DNA of 64,000 nt from Burkholderiales bacterium (GTDB lineage Bacteria; Pseudomonadota; Gammaproteobacteria; Burkholderiales; SG8-39): positions 30,624-94,623 of the forward strand of contig DATMJC010000044.1 in NCBI GenBank assembly GCA_035554435.1, written 5' to 3'. Made by a program: the position numbers and the translations under genes. This document shows, piece by piece, positions 43,878-52,512 of the stretch. The notes under the pieces are model-generated. The model searched no databases. It was not told the DNA's origin and saw nothing but the letters and a program-made list of their open reading frames with translations. How positions within the stretch are numbered: the stretch's first letter is position 1; the number at the start of each line of letters is the position of its first letter.

Positions 43878-44809
43878 GGCACGATCACCTGCAGGGCGCG
43901 CGGCCGGATGCTGAACTCGAGCGGCGAGTCGAGCACGTTCGGCTCGCCGTCGATCGCGACGAGCAGGCGCCTGCGGCGCCGGCTGGCGACGCGCAGCGAC
44001 CGGGCGCTCGCCTCCACGAAGTCTTCGGCCTGCCTCAGGCGGCCGAAGAGGGCGCGCAGCGCGAGGCCGAAGAGCCGCGCCGTGCTCGTCGCGCGCGTGG
44101 CGTACACGTTGAGGACCCCTCCGTCGAGGCGCACACGGCTTCCGATGTCGAAGCCCTCGAGGATGTAGTCGTTGTTCCCGACGAACAGGAAGGGCGCGCG
44201 GAATTCGTGCACGCGCCCTTCGAGCTCGAGCCTCACGTCGAGCAGCCGCGAACGATGGAACGCCTCGAGCGTCGCCCAGAGCATCGCCATGCGCTTGCTG
44301 CGGCCGAGGCGCCGCTGCTGACGAGCCCGTTCGCGCACGATGTTCGGGTAGAGGCCGAGGCTCGCGTTGTTGATGAAGCCGCGGCCGTTCACCTCGCCCA
44401 CGTCCACGCCGACGCGCCGGCCCGCGGCGATGACGCGCACAGCCTCAGCCGGATCGAGCGGAATGCCGAGGTCCTTCGCGAAATGGTTGAGCGTTCCGAC
44501 CGGGATGACGCCCAGCGCCGTGCCGCTGCCGCGCACCACGTCGGCCACCGCGCTCACGGTTCCGTCGCCGCCCGCGGCGACCAGCACCGCCGGACGCTCC
44601 TTCAGCGCGCGCCGCGCGAGCTTCCGGATCTCCTCGCCGCGCGCGAAAGTATTGATCCGCGCGTCAAGCCCGGCGTCAGAGAAAGCAGCATGAAGCGTCT
44701 CGGCGCTGGCCGAGCGCCCGCCGCCGGCCCTGCCGTTGAGGATGACCGGAATTTCCTGCGAAGTAACGGGCGGGTGCGCAAGGGCGTGCAAGCAGACACC
44801 CCGTCGCAA
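43874..44809 (-). CDS. Diacylglycerol/lipid kinase family protein (YegS/LCB5-like)
   Basis: VLVAAGGDGTVSAVA, GVIPVGTLNHFAKD. GTGA overlap with the downstream phosphoesterase. The start is not certain. Confidence 0.8.
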   Translation of the reverse strand: MRRGVCLHALAHPPVTSQEIPVILNGRAGGGRSASAETLHAAFSDAGLDARINTFARGEEIRKLARRALKERPAVLVAAGGDGTVSAVADVVRGSGTALGVIPVGTLNHFAKDLGIPLDPAEAVRVIAAGRRVGVDVGEVNGRGFINNASLGLYPNIVRERARQQRRLGRSKRMAMLWATLEAFHRSRLLDVRLELEGRVHEFRAPFLFVGNNDYILEGFDIGSRVRLDGGVLNVYATRATSTARLFGLALRALFGRLRQAEDFVEASARSLRVASRRRRRLLVAIDGEPNVLDSPLEFSIRPRALQVIVP

Positions 44810-45071
44810 GACACATGCCCAGGTGCGGGCGGTTGTTCTTAGCGCCCGTCGCGGCGCGGCCCCGCGCGCATGAAAAGCGCGGAGAGGAACACGACGCGAA
44901 CGGCGAGCTCGAGAAACGAGAGAGTGAAGAACCAGCGGATGCGGAACACGGTCGCCATTACGCCAGCAGGGCTCGCAACCCCCATGCCGCGGCGGTTGAT
45001 CCGTTCGGGGTCAGTAATCGCCCCGTCGTAACGGATCGACTCGCGCCGTTAAATCTCTGCCGGGTGAATTC

Positions 45072-46205
45072 CTATTCCTGCCGGTCGACGCGGCGGAATT
45101 TCTGCACGCGCTGCCCGGTCTGGACCTCGGCGGTATAGAGGTTGCCCTGGCGATCGACCGCGATGTTGTGGAGCGCGGTGAACTCGCCCGCCTGGCGGCC
45201 GGGGCGGCCGAAGCGGCCGAGGACCTGCTTCGACGCCCGGTCGACGACGCGCACCTCGCCGTTCATGCCGTCGATCATGTAGATGAAGCGCTGCTCTCGG
45301 TCGGGCGAGAACACGAGGTCGTACACCGAGCCGGTGCCGCGCGTCTCCTTCTCGAACACGTGCTCCGACACGAAGCTGCCGTCCTTGCGGAAGACCTGCA
45401 GGCGGTCGTTGGTGCGGTCGCAGACGTACACCAGGCCATCGTTCGAGAGGCGGATGCAGTGCACCGGGTTGCCGAACTGCGCCGAAGGCGGCCGCGCGGG
45501 ATCGTACGGCGGTAGTTTTTCGTCGACAGGCTTCTTGCCGTAAGCGCCCCAGTGGCGCTTGTACGCCCCGGTCTCGGAGTCGAACACCACCACGCGCCGG
45601 TTCGCGTAGCCGTCGGCGGCGAACACCTCGCGCGCCGCGGTGTCGACCGCGACGTCGGCCGGCGAGCCCAGCCGCTCGGTCGAGTTGCTGTCGTTGCCGC
45701 TCGCCTGCTTTCCGATCTGCAGCACGAACTTGCCTTCCATCGTGAATTTCAGCACTTGTCCGTCGCTCTTGCCGTTTCCGGCGAGCCAGACGAAGTCCTT
45801 CGCGTCGACGTAGACCCCGTGCTCGCTCTCGGGCCACTGGTACCCCGCGCCCGGCCCGCCCCAGGAAAAGAGGAAGTTTCCCGACGGGTCGAACACCAGC
45901 ACCGGCGGCGCCGCGATACAGCACTTCGCCTCCGGCGGCGTGCGCTCGGCCGCGCGCTCGCGCGGGGTTAGCGAGCCCGGGCGGTGCACGACCCAGATGC
46001 GGTCGTAGCGGTCGGTCGCGATGCCCGATACCTGGCCGAGGATCCAGCGGTTCGGCAGCGGCTTCGGCCATGAGGCGTCGACCTGGAATTGCGGGACGCT
46101 TCGATCCTGTGAGTGGACCGCTGAGAACGAACCCAGCATGGTCGCGGCCAGCAACACGGCGGTTCCCGTTCTCAAAAGAAAAATAGGGTCCGTCCCTGTT
46201 TTCAT
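45072..46205 (-). CDS. Exported NHL-repeat six-bladed beta-propeller protein (amidating-lyase-like)
   Basis: Internal ATG after AGGGGGA. Reads MKTGTDPIFLLRTGTAVLLAATMLGSFSAVHS. NHL-like repeats are FGNPVHCIRLSNDGLVYVCDRTNDRLQVF and EFTALHNIAVDRQGNLYTAEV. Confidence 0.75.
   Translation of the reverse strand: MKTGTDPIFLLRTGTAVLLAATMLGSFSAVHSQDRSVPQFQVDASWPKPLPNRWILGQVSGIATDRYDRIWVVHRPGSLTPRERAAERTPPEAKCCIAAPPVLVFDPSGNFLFSWGGPGAGYQWPESEHGVYVDAKDFVWLAGNGKSDGQVLKFTMEGKFVLQIGKQASGNDSNSTERLGSPADVAVDTAAREVFAADGYANRRVVVFDSETGAYKRHWGAYGKKPVDEKLPPYDPARPPSAQFGNPVHCIRLSNDGLVYVCDRTNDRLQVFRKDGSFVSEHVFEKETRGTGSVYDLVFSPDREQRFIYMIDGMNGEVRVVDRASKQVLGRFGRPGRQAGEFTALHNIAVDRQGNLYTAEVQTGQRVQKFRRVDRQE
46180..46202. 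repeat. Family-2 palindrome, two mismatches (AAAATAGGGTC-C-GTCCCTGTTTT), inside the first codons of the NHL gene
   Basis: Read directly. On the minus strand it encodes K-T-G-T-D-P-I-F. Confidence 0.75.
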
Positions 46206-46329
46206 GGTTCCCCCTTTTGGCGCCGGAGAATACTCCAAAAGCTGACGCAAACCTTTCCAGGACAAGGCATTGTTCTTGCGTCCCCCTCCGCCGCAGTCCA
46301 TCTCCATCCCAACCCTAGAGGAATTGAAG

Positions 46330-46797
46330 ATGAATATGAAACTCATCAGCGCAGCAGTTACCGCCGCCATGGTCGCCTTTGCAACGGCGGCCTGGGCTCA
46401 AGGCGCGGGCGGCGCGGCTGGCGGCGGCGCAAGCGCCGGCGCGAGCAGTGGCAGTGCGGGCTCGAGCTCGTCGGGCGATAGCTCTTCCGGAGCGTCGGGC
46501 GCAAGCGGCAGCGGAGCGTCCTCGTCCAGCGGCGACGCCGGCGCGCCTCCGAGCGGCGGCAGCATGAGCTCGGGCACGAGCGCGCCGAGCACCGGCAGCA
46601 TGAGCTCCGACAGCCCGTCGCCGAGCGCCGGCAGCACGAGCAGCACGCCGAGCGACAGCTCTTCGTCGAGCTCTTCGTCGACCCCTTCGAGCAGCAGCGG
46701 CGCCACCTCGGGCGACAGCAGCAGCTCGTCCACGAGCTCGAAGTGTGCCGGCCTCAGCGGACAAGAGCGCTACGACTGTCTGAGCAAGCCGAAGTAA
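46330..46797 (+). CDS. Secreted Ser/Gly-rich low-complexity protein with C-terminal Cys pair
   Basis: Signal peptide MNMKLISAAVTAAMVAFATAAWAQ, about 110 aa of S/G/A/P and a tail KCAGLSGQERYDCLSKPK. The codon third-position bias fits this frame. Confidence 0.6.
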   Translation: MNMKLISAAVTAAMVAFATAAWAQGAGGAAGGGASAGASSGSAGSSSSGDSSSGASGASGSGASSSSGDAGAPPSGGSMSSGTSAPSTGSMSSDSPSPSAGSTSSTPSDSSSSSSSSTPSSSSGATSGDSSSSSTSSKCAGLSGQERYDCLSKPK

Positions 46798-46804
46798 GCG
46801 ATGT

Positions 46805-46904
46805 GAAATCGGGGTCAGAGCCCGATCTCGTTTTTGCGTACGCGCAGCCAATTCGGGCTCTGACCCCGAATTGCCTCAACAAATTGGGGTCTGACCCCGA
46901 TTTC
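46805..46904. repeat. Three family-1 elements (46805-46827 and 46849-46873 are inverted copies of the asymmetric GGGGTCAGAGCCC variant; 46881-46904 is canonical)
   Basis: Read directly between convergent genes. The last copy runs into the histidine-kinase stop (TTTCTAG, 46904-46906). Confidence 0.9.
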
Positions 46905-49189
46905 TAGCCGGCTGCGAGGCGCGAGAGCCGCTGCAGGTCGGCGGGCTTGGTGATGTGCTCGTCGAAGCCGGCCTCGCGCGTACGATCGATGTCGGACTGC
47001 TGTCCCATGCCGGTCAGCGCGACCAGGCGTGCCTTGCGTCCCCACGGCGTGAGGCGCAGCCGCCGCGCGACCTCGGCGCCGTCCATGCGCGGCATGTTGA
47101 GGTCGATGAACGCCACGTCGGGGTGCAGGATCTCGGCGATGCGCAGCGCCGCCTCGCCGTCGAGCGCGCTCTCGACGCGGTGGCCGGTGAGCCGCAGGTA
47201 CTGGGCGAGGGTCTGCGCGGCGTCGACGTTGTCGTCGACCACGAGCACGCGCCGGCGCACCGGAGGCGAAGCAGGCGCGGCCTTCGTCTCCTCGGCCGCC
47301 GGCGCCGTCACGAGAGGCAGGCGCACGATGAAGTCGGCGCCCTTGCCGCGTCCGGGGCTGCGTGCCTCGATCTCGCCGCCGTGGCGCCGCACGATCGCGC
47401 GGGCGAGCGTCAGGCCCAGGCCGAGCCCGCCGGTGGCGGAGACGTGCCGCTCGTCGACCTGCACGAACATGTCGAACACTTCCTGCAGGTGCTCGCGCGC
47501 GATGCCGATGCCGTTGTCGGCGACGCGCACCGCGACGAAGCCCAGCTCGGCGTGCGCCGAGAGCTCGATGCGGCCCTTCGGCGGGGTGAACTTGGCGGCG
47601 TTGTTGAGGAGGTTCGCCACCACCTGCGCGAGGCGCACCGCGTCGCCTTCCACGTATTGCGCTTCCGGATAGCTCACCGCGAGCGTGTGGCCCTTCGCGT
47701 CGATGTTGGGAGTGGCGGTCTCGACCCCGACGCGCATCACCTCGGCCACCGCCACCGGCGCGGTGCGCAGCTCGAGCTTGCCGCGGTCGATGCGGCTCAC
47801 GTCGAGGAGGTCGTCGATGAGCCGCGTGAGCTGCACGATCTGGCGCTCCAGCATGTCGTGCGTCTCCGCGGTGGCGGCGCCTTCGGGCTGCATCTTGAGG
47901 AGCGTCAGGCCGTTGCGCAGCGGCGCGAGCGGATTGCGCAGCTCGTGCGACAGCACCGCCAGGAACTGGCTCTTGTTGGCGTCTGCGCGCTGGAGCTGCG
48001 CCGCGCGCTCCTTCAGCTCGATCTCCGAGACGCGGTAGCGGTCGCGCGCGCGGCGCATCGCCTCGCCCAGCACGATGATGAGCGAGCACGACAGCGCGAA
48101 CACGCCGAGCGCCAGCGCGTCCGCCGGCCCGCTGATCGCGATCTCGCCGAGCGGCGCGATGTAGCGCACGTTGACGATGGCGTAGCCGATCACCATCGCC
48201 ATCACCGCGGGCCCGAGGCCGCCGAACCACACCGCGATCGCGACCGCGCCGTACAGCGTGGCGTACGGAATGCCGTCGCCGAGCCACGGATCGAGGACCC
48301 AGCGCAGGTGCATGGCGGTCAGCGTCACCGCGACCGCTCCGCCATAGGCCGCGACGCCCGCGATCTTCGACATCGCGCGCCGCTCGGCCACGGCGTCCCC
48401 GAGCAGGAATGCGAGCAGCAGGCACGCCGAGACCGCGAGGTTCACGCGCGAGGCGTGCCAACCGATCGTGAAGCGCGCGCCGCCGAGGTTCGAGAGCGTG
48501 AGGTCGGCGATCGAGGCGAGCAGCACCAGCCCCACCCAGAGGTAGAGCAGGTCGCCGAACGCGCGCCGGCCCCAGAGGAGCGCGAAGGCCGCGGCGTTCA
48601 GGAACACCGCGACCCACTGGACCGTCGTGCCGAGCTCGGTGAACCGGTCGCCCGACAGGCCCTCGACGCGAGCGTGCGCGGCGAGCGCGCCGACGGCGGC
48701 AGCGCCGGCGAGGGTCAGCGCGAGCGCGACCAGGAGCCGCCGGGTGCGCGCGTCCGGCGAAGGCTCCTTCGACGCGAGAAGCAGCGCGGCGAAGAAGAGC
48801 GCCGCGGCGCCAAGGCGCCACGCGAGGTAGAGCCAGCTCACCGTCTGGCGATCGCCCACGAGCGGCTGCTCGTAGAGCGCGCCGGGAAAGGTCGCCACGT
48901 GCGCGCCGGCCATGAGCGCGCCGTAGAAATAGGCGCAACAAAGAAGCAGGTGCGCGATGCGGCCGGTGTCGCGGTAGAGCGCCCCCAGCATGAGCGCGGT
49001 GCAGAGGTCCGCGATGGCGACCGCGAAGCCGTACATGACGACGACATGCGGGTCCGCGGTCCCCAGCTCGCGTGCCCAGGGCACCGCCGCGAGCGTAAGC
49101 GCGACGAAGGTCGCCGAGAGCAGCGCGAACGTGCGCATCTGCACCGGGGTCGGCGCGCGTGGCGGGAGCGCGGGCGCGTCCGTCGTCAT
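46904..49189 (-). CDS. Hybrid sensor histidine kinase/response regulator with polytopic N-terminal sensor
   Basis: 761 aa. About nine N-terminal helices, H-box LSHELRNPL, N/G boxes LLNNAAKF and DNGIGI...GGLGLGL, and receiver VVDDNVDAAQTL...DLNMPRMDG. Confidence 0.9.
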   Translation of the reverse strand: MTTDAPALPPRAPTPVQMRTFALLSATFVALTLAAVPWARELGTADPHVVVMYGFAVAIADLCTALMLGALYRDTGRIAHLLLCCAYFYGALMAGAHVATFPGALYEQPLVGDRQTVSWLYLAWRLGAAALFFAALLLASKEPSPDARTRRLLVALALTLAGAAAVGALAAHARVEGLSGDRFTELGTTVQWVAVFLNAAAFALLWGRRAFGDLLYLWVGLVLLASIADLTLSNLGGARFTIGWHASRVNLAVSACLLLAFLLGDAVAERRAMSKIAGVAAYGGAVAVTLTAMHLRWVLDPWLGDGIPYATLYGAVAIAVWFGGLGPAVMAMVIGYAIVNVRYIAPLGEIAISGPADALALGVFALSCSLIIVLGEAMRRARDRYRVSEIELKERAAQLQRADANKSQFLAVLSHELRNPLAPLRNGLTLLKMQPEGAATAETHDMLERQIVQLTRLIDDLLDVSRIDRGKLELRTAPVAVAEVMRVGVETATPNIDAKGHTLAVSYPEAQYVEGDAVRLAQVVANLLNNAAKFTPPKGRIELSAHAELGFVAVRVADNGIGIAREHLQEVFDMFVQVDERHVSATGGLGLGLTLARAIVRRHGGEIEARSPGRGKGADFIVRLPLVTAPAAEETKAAPASPPVRRRVLVVDDNVDAAQTLAQYLRLTGHRVESALDGEAALRIAEILHPDVAFIDLNMPRMDGAEVARRLRLTPWGRKARLVALTGMGQQSDIDRTREAGFDEHITKPADLQRLSRLAAG

Positions 49190-49223
49190 GCCCGGATCAT
49201 AGCGCCGGGAATCGGGATAGAAG

Positions 49224-50312
49224 TTACGCGCGCTCGATGCGCGGCATGACCTCGGTCGCCATCAGCTCCATCGAGCGCCGCGCGAGCGCCGGATCGACCC
49301 AGTCCATGCCCGCGTAGACGATCTCGCCGAAGGGGCCGGCCGCCTCGCGCAGCTTCAGGATCTCGTCAGCCACCTTGTCGGGGGTGCCCCAGATGACGAG
49401 CTCGTCGAGCAGGCGCTCGAGGCTCACCGCGGCGTCGTCCTCGCCCTCGTGGCGCTTGAAGATCACGTGGCGCTTCGCGCGCATCATGTTGGCGCGCAGC
49501 TTTTCCCAGTAGAACCGGTACGGGCTCTTCGGATCGTCGCGCCCGTAGCGGCGCGCCGTGTGCGCGTCGTTGGCGACGAAGATGGTGCGCGCGACTCGCC
49601 ATTCGCTTCCGTCGGCGCGTTTACCCGCGTTTGTTTTACCAATGCAATAGTTCTGCCAGTGGCTGGGCAGCCAGTGCGGCAGCAGGAAGTTCGCCGACAG
49701 CGGATGAAAGTCGCGCTCGCCCATGGCGATCACGCCCTTCGAATGCGGCGCCACCACCGTGCCGACGATCTCCGGGCGCGGCTTCTGGAAGGGCTTGTAC
49801 ATCGTGCCGCGGCCTACCTCGGGAACCTGGGTCCTCGCGGTGGACACCTTGAAGCGGTTGCCGGGGAGCGCGATGTCGTAGGGCGCGTTGCGCTCCCAGA
49901 TCGCGAGGATCACGTCCATCGCCTCGGCGAACAGGCGGTTGCGGTCCTCCTCCAGGATGCCGAGCGCCTCGGCGTCGGAGGCGAGCGCGCCCGGGCTCAC
50001 GCCGAAGATGAAGCGGCCCTGCGCCAGGTGGTCGAACATCGCCGCGTGCGCGGCGATCAGCACCGGGTGGCTGTGCGAGAGGTTCGAGGTGCCGGTGGCG
50101 AGCTTGATCGTCCCGGTCTCGGAAAGCAGGCTCGCGAGAAAGATCAGGCTGCTCGTGATGTTCTCTTCCGGGTCGGTGAGGTGCTCGCCGACGAAGGCGT
50201 CGTAGAAGCCCAGACGATCCGCGAGCACGATCGCCGCGCGGTCTTCCTGCAGCGTGACCGCCGGATCCCGCTCGCGCGGATGCATGGGCATGGTGAAGAA
50301 TCCCAACCTCAT
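49224..50312 (-). CDS. LLM-class (luciferase-like) flavin-dependent monooxygenase
   Basis: 362 aa. MRLGFFTMPMHP, FDAFVGEHLT and GRFIFGVSPGA. Confidence 0.85.
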   Translation of the reverse strand: MRLGFFTMPMHPRERDPAVTLQEDRAAIVLADRLGFYDAFVGEHLTDPEENITSSLIFLASLLSETGTIKLATGTSNLSHSHPVLIAAHAAMFDHLAQGRFIFGVSPGALASDAEALGILEEDRNRLFAEAMDVILAIWERNAPYDIALPGNRFKVSTARTQVPEVGRGTMYKPFQKPRPEIVGTVVAPHSKGVIAMGERDFHPLSANFLLPHWLPSHWQNYCIGKTNAGKRADGSEWRVARTIFVANDAHTARRYGRDDPKSPYRFYWEKLRANMMRAKRHVIFKRHEGEDDAAVSLERLLDELVIWGTPDKVADEILKLREAAGPFGEIVYAGMDWVDPALARRSMELMATEVMPRIERA

Positions 50313-50339
50313 GGGGCGCCGAGAATAGCACTTGATTTA

Positions 50340-50357
50340 TTCACCCATATGGGTTAA
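50340..50357. promoter_or_regulatory. 18-nt near-perfect palindrome TTCACCCAT-ATGGGTTAA, candidate ArsR-type operator
   Basis: One mismatch. Lies in the 54-nt divergent gap between the LLM gene and arsR-like ATG 50367. Confidence 0.45.
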
Positions 50358-50366
50358 TGTTCGCCC

Positions 50367-50741
50367 ATGGACCTCGACGACACCCTCATCGCGCTGGCCG
50401 ACGATACCCGCCGCGCGATCCTGAAGCGCCTCGCCGCCGGCGAGGCGCGCGTCACCGAGGTCGCGGCGCCGTTCGAGATCTCGCTCAACTCGGTGTCGAA
50501 GCACATCCGCCTCCTCGAGCGCGCCGGCCTGGTGCGGCGGCGCGTTGCCGGGCGGGACCATTTTTTGTCCGTGGACCCCAAACCCTTTGACGAGCTCACG
50601 CAGTGGATGCAGCGCACGCGCGAGTTCTGGTCCTCGCGCCTCGATGCGCTGGACGCGGCGCTGCGCGCCGAGGACGCGATCGAGGCCGCACGCAGGAAAT
50701 CCTCCACCCCTCCCCATCCCAAGCGAAGGAGAAAGCAATGA
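50367..50741 (+). CDS. ArsR/SmtB-family transcriptional regulator
   Basis: LADDTRRAILKRLAAGEARVTEVAAPFEISLNSVSKHIRLLERAGLV. Confidence 0.85.
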   Translation: MDLDDTLIALADDTRRAILKRLAAGEARVTEVAAPFEISLNSVSKHIRLLERAGLVRRRVAGRDHFLSVDPKPFDELTQWMQRTREFWSSRLDALDAALRAEDAIEAARRKSSTPPHPKRRRKQ

Positions 50742-51256
50742 AGGCACCCGTTACCCTCGTCGAGCCCGGCACCGTCCGCCTCGAACGCCTCCTCCCCGGG
50801 CCGCTCGAGCGCGTCTGGGCTTACATCACCGAGTCGGACAAGCGCGCAAAGTGGCTGGCGTCCGGCGAGTTCGACCTGCGCCTCGGCGGGAAGATCCGCC
50901 TGGAGTTCGACAACTGCAGCCTCTCTTCCGAGAAGACCACGCCCGAGAAATACAGGGACCGCGGGATGGGCAAGTTCGACGGCGTGATCACGCGCCTCGA
51001 GCCCATGCGCGCCCTCGCCCACACCTGGGCCTGGAACGGCGGCGATACCGAGGTGAGCTACGAACTCACCCCCAAGGGCAAGGACGTGCTGCTCACCATC
51101 GTGCACCGCCGCCTCGGCAAGGACCTCACGCCCTCGGTGATGGGCGGCTGGGACGTGCACACCGGCATCCTCGAAGACGTCCTGAACGGCGTCGAGCCGC
51201 GCCCGTTCTGGAGCACGCACGGCGAGCTCGAGAAGGAGTACGCCGCCTCGCTGTAG
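50738..51256 (+). CDS. SRPBCC/AHSA1-family protein
   Basis: ATGA overlap with arsR. LERLLPGPLERVWAYITESDKRAKWL. This is the usual ArsR partner arrangement. Confidence 0.8.
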   Translation: MKAPVTLVEPGTVRLERLLPGPLERVWAYITESDKRAKWLASGEFDLRLGGKIRLEFDNCSLSSEKTTPEKYRDRGMGKFDGVITRLEPMRALAHTWAWNGGDTEVSYELTPKGKDVLLTIVHRRLGKDLTPSVMGGWDVHTGILEDVLNGVEPRPFWSTHGELEKEYAASL

Positions 51257-51337
51257 ACGCTCGGCAGCGGTCGCTCGGCCGGGGTCGTGGCCGAGCGACA
51301 ATTTCGATGCGCCGCCGGCCGCTAAAATCGGGATGAC

Positions 51338-52141
51338 ATGAACCCGTTTCGCGGCCTCGCGCTTTGCGCCCTCGCGGCGCATGCGAACTTGTTTGCGCAG
51401 ACCAAATCTCCGAGCGACGACGCCGTAGCGGTGACCGCGCTGCGCAATCCGGTCGACAAGTCCTACCGCCGGATGGTCGAGGGCATGGAGCTCTTCGAGA
51501 AGCGCCACCGGCTCGCGCCTGACGCCGCGCTGCGCTTCAAGCTCCTGCCGCGCCACCGCGACACCGACATGCGCGAGGTCCGGGTCGAGGTCGTCGGCGA
51601 CAGCTTCACCGCGCCGGTCGCGCTCGCGCCGGACAACACCTTCACGCTCGAGCGCCGCGCGGCCGCGCTGAAGGAGAACGCCTCGGTGCGCCCGAACCGC
51701 AAGGCGAAGACCATGACCTGGCGCGCCGAGATCCGCACGCCCGGCCTGCCGCCGGACACCCGCCGTCTCGGCGACCTGCGCCTCGAATGCGAGGTCGGCA
51801 TGCAGGCCGGCCTGATCTCCAACTACCGCCCCATGCTCTTCGGCCTGCTCGACCCGTTCCTGCGCGAAGGCCCCGAGTACTGCCGCCGGACCGATCCGCG
51901 CTACCTCTTCTTCGCCGAGCGGCCGATCTTCGGCGTCACGCTGGTCGCCGGCGATCGCAGGGAGGCTCTGCCGGTCGACCGGCTCTACGGCGGCGCGAGC
52001 CGCGACCCGCAGTGGAAGGAAGAGCTTCGGTATTGCGACTGCGAAGTGCTGGTGGATCGCGCCTACTTCATGCCGCTCGGCGACTCGAGCTGGCCCGACG
52101 ACACGCGGGTCGAGTTCGAATACATGGACGGCCGCTCTTGA
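51338..52141 (+). CDS. Exported hypothetical protein
   Basis: 267 aa with signal peptide MNPFRGLALCALAAHANLFAQ and four Cys. No family recognised. Confidence 0.5.
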   Translation: MNPFRGLALCALAAHANLFAQTKSPSDDAVAVTALRNPVDKSYRRMVEGMELFEKRHRLAPDAALRFKLLPRHRDTDMREVRVEVVGDSFTAPVALAPDNTFTLERRAAALKENASVRPNRKAKTMTWRAEIRTPGLPPDTRRLGDLRLECEVGMQAGLISNYRPMLFGLLDPFLREGPEYCRRTDPRYLFFAERPIFGVTLVAGDRREALPVDRLYGGASRDPQWKEELRYCDCEVLVDRAYFMPLGDSSWPDDTRVEFEYMDGRS

Positions 52142-52428
52142 GATTCATCCTGATCGCGTGCGTGCTCGTGGCCGGCTGTAGCGCCCTTCCACAAGGTTCT
52201 AAATCAAAACCTCTTGCCCAGGCCGCCGCGGACAAGATCGCCGTCGGCAAGAGCACCAAGGCCGATGTGCGCGCCGCGCTCGGCGAGGCCGTGGTGCTCG
52301 ACTTCGAGAGCGGCTACGAAGTCTGGGTCTACCGGGAGCGGCCGGCCGAAAAGAGTAAGCCGCCCGCCGCCGAACTCGTGCTCCTGTTCGATCCATCGGG
52401 CACGCTCGCGAAGACTCGCATCCGCTAG
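52138..52428 (+). CDS. Small lipoprotein (SmpA/OmlA-BamE-like)
   Basis: TTG start overlapping the previous stop (TTGA). Lipobox LVAGCS. IAVGKSTKADVRAALGEAVV...YEVWVY. Confidence 0.5.
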   Translation: MRFILIACVLVAGCSALPQGSKSKPLAQAAADKIAVGKSTKADVRAALGEAVVLDFESGYEVWVYRERPAEKSKPPAAELVLLFDPSGTLAKTRIR

Positions 52429-52512
52429 CACGAGGAATGCCGTTCAGGACGAGGCGATAAACGCCTCGGCACGATCCGGTGTAGCGTAGTCGCCCATAGG
52501 GGAAGGATCGAT

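Noticed and set aside
44815-45138. Track ORF 44815-45138 (+), and a 48-codon hydrophobic ORF on the minus strand (44839-44985), in the 262-nt gap between the lipid kinase and the NHL gene.
   Set aside because: The plus-strand ORF has no motif or SD and runs into the NHL gene's 3' end. The minus-strand peptide (MGVASPAGVMATVFRIRWFFTLSFLELAVRVVFLSALF...) is plausible as a small membrane protein, but it has no SD or family support, so I do not report it as a feature.
46815-49249. Very long alternative-frame ORFs opposite or overlapping the histidine kinase (46815-48941 minus, 46955-49249 plus). Similar cases elsewhere include 7943-9715, 10468-11850, 14238-16022, 14441-16096, 30126-31961, 32588-34867, 55006-56490, 56599-58620, 56825-58918, 60048-61274 and 62219-63535.
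   Set aside because: Their translations are Arg/Ala/Pro/Gly-rich with no motifs. This is typical of open frames that arise by chance in GC-rich DNA. In each case another frame carries clear family motifs and the expected third-position G/C bias.
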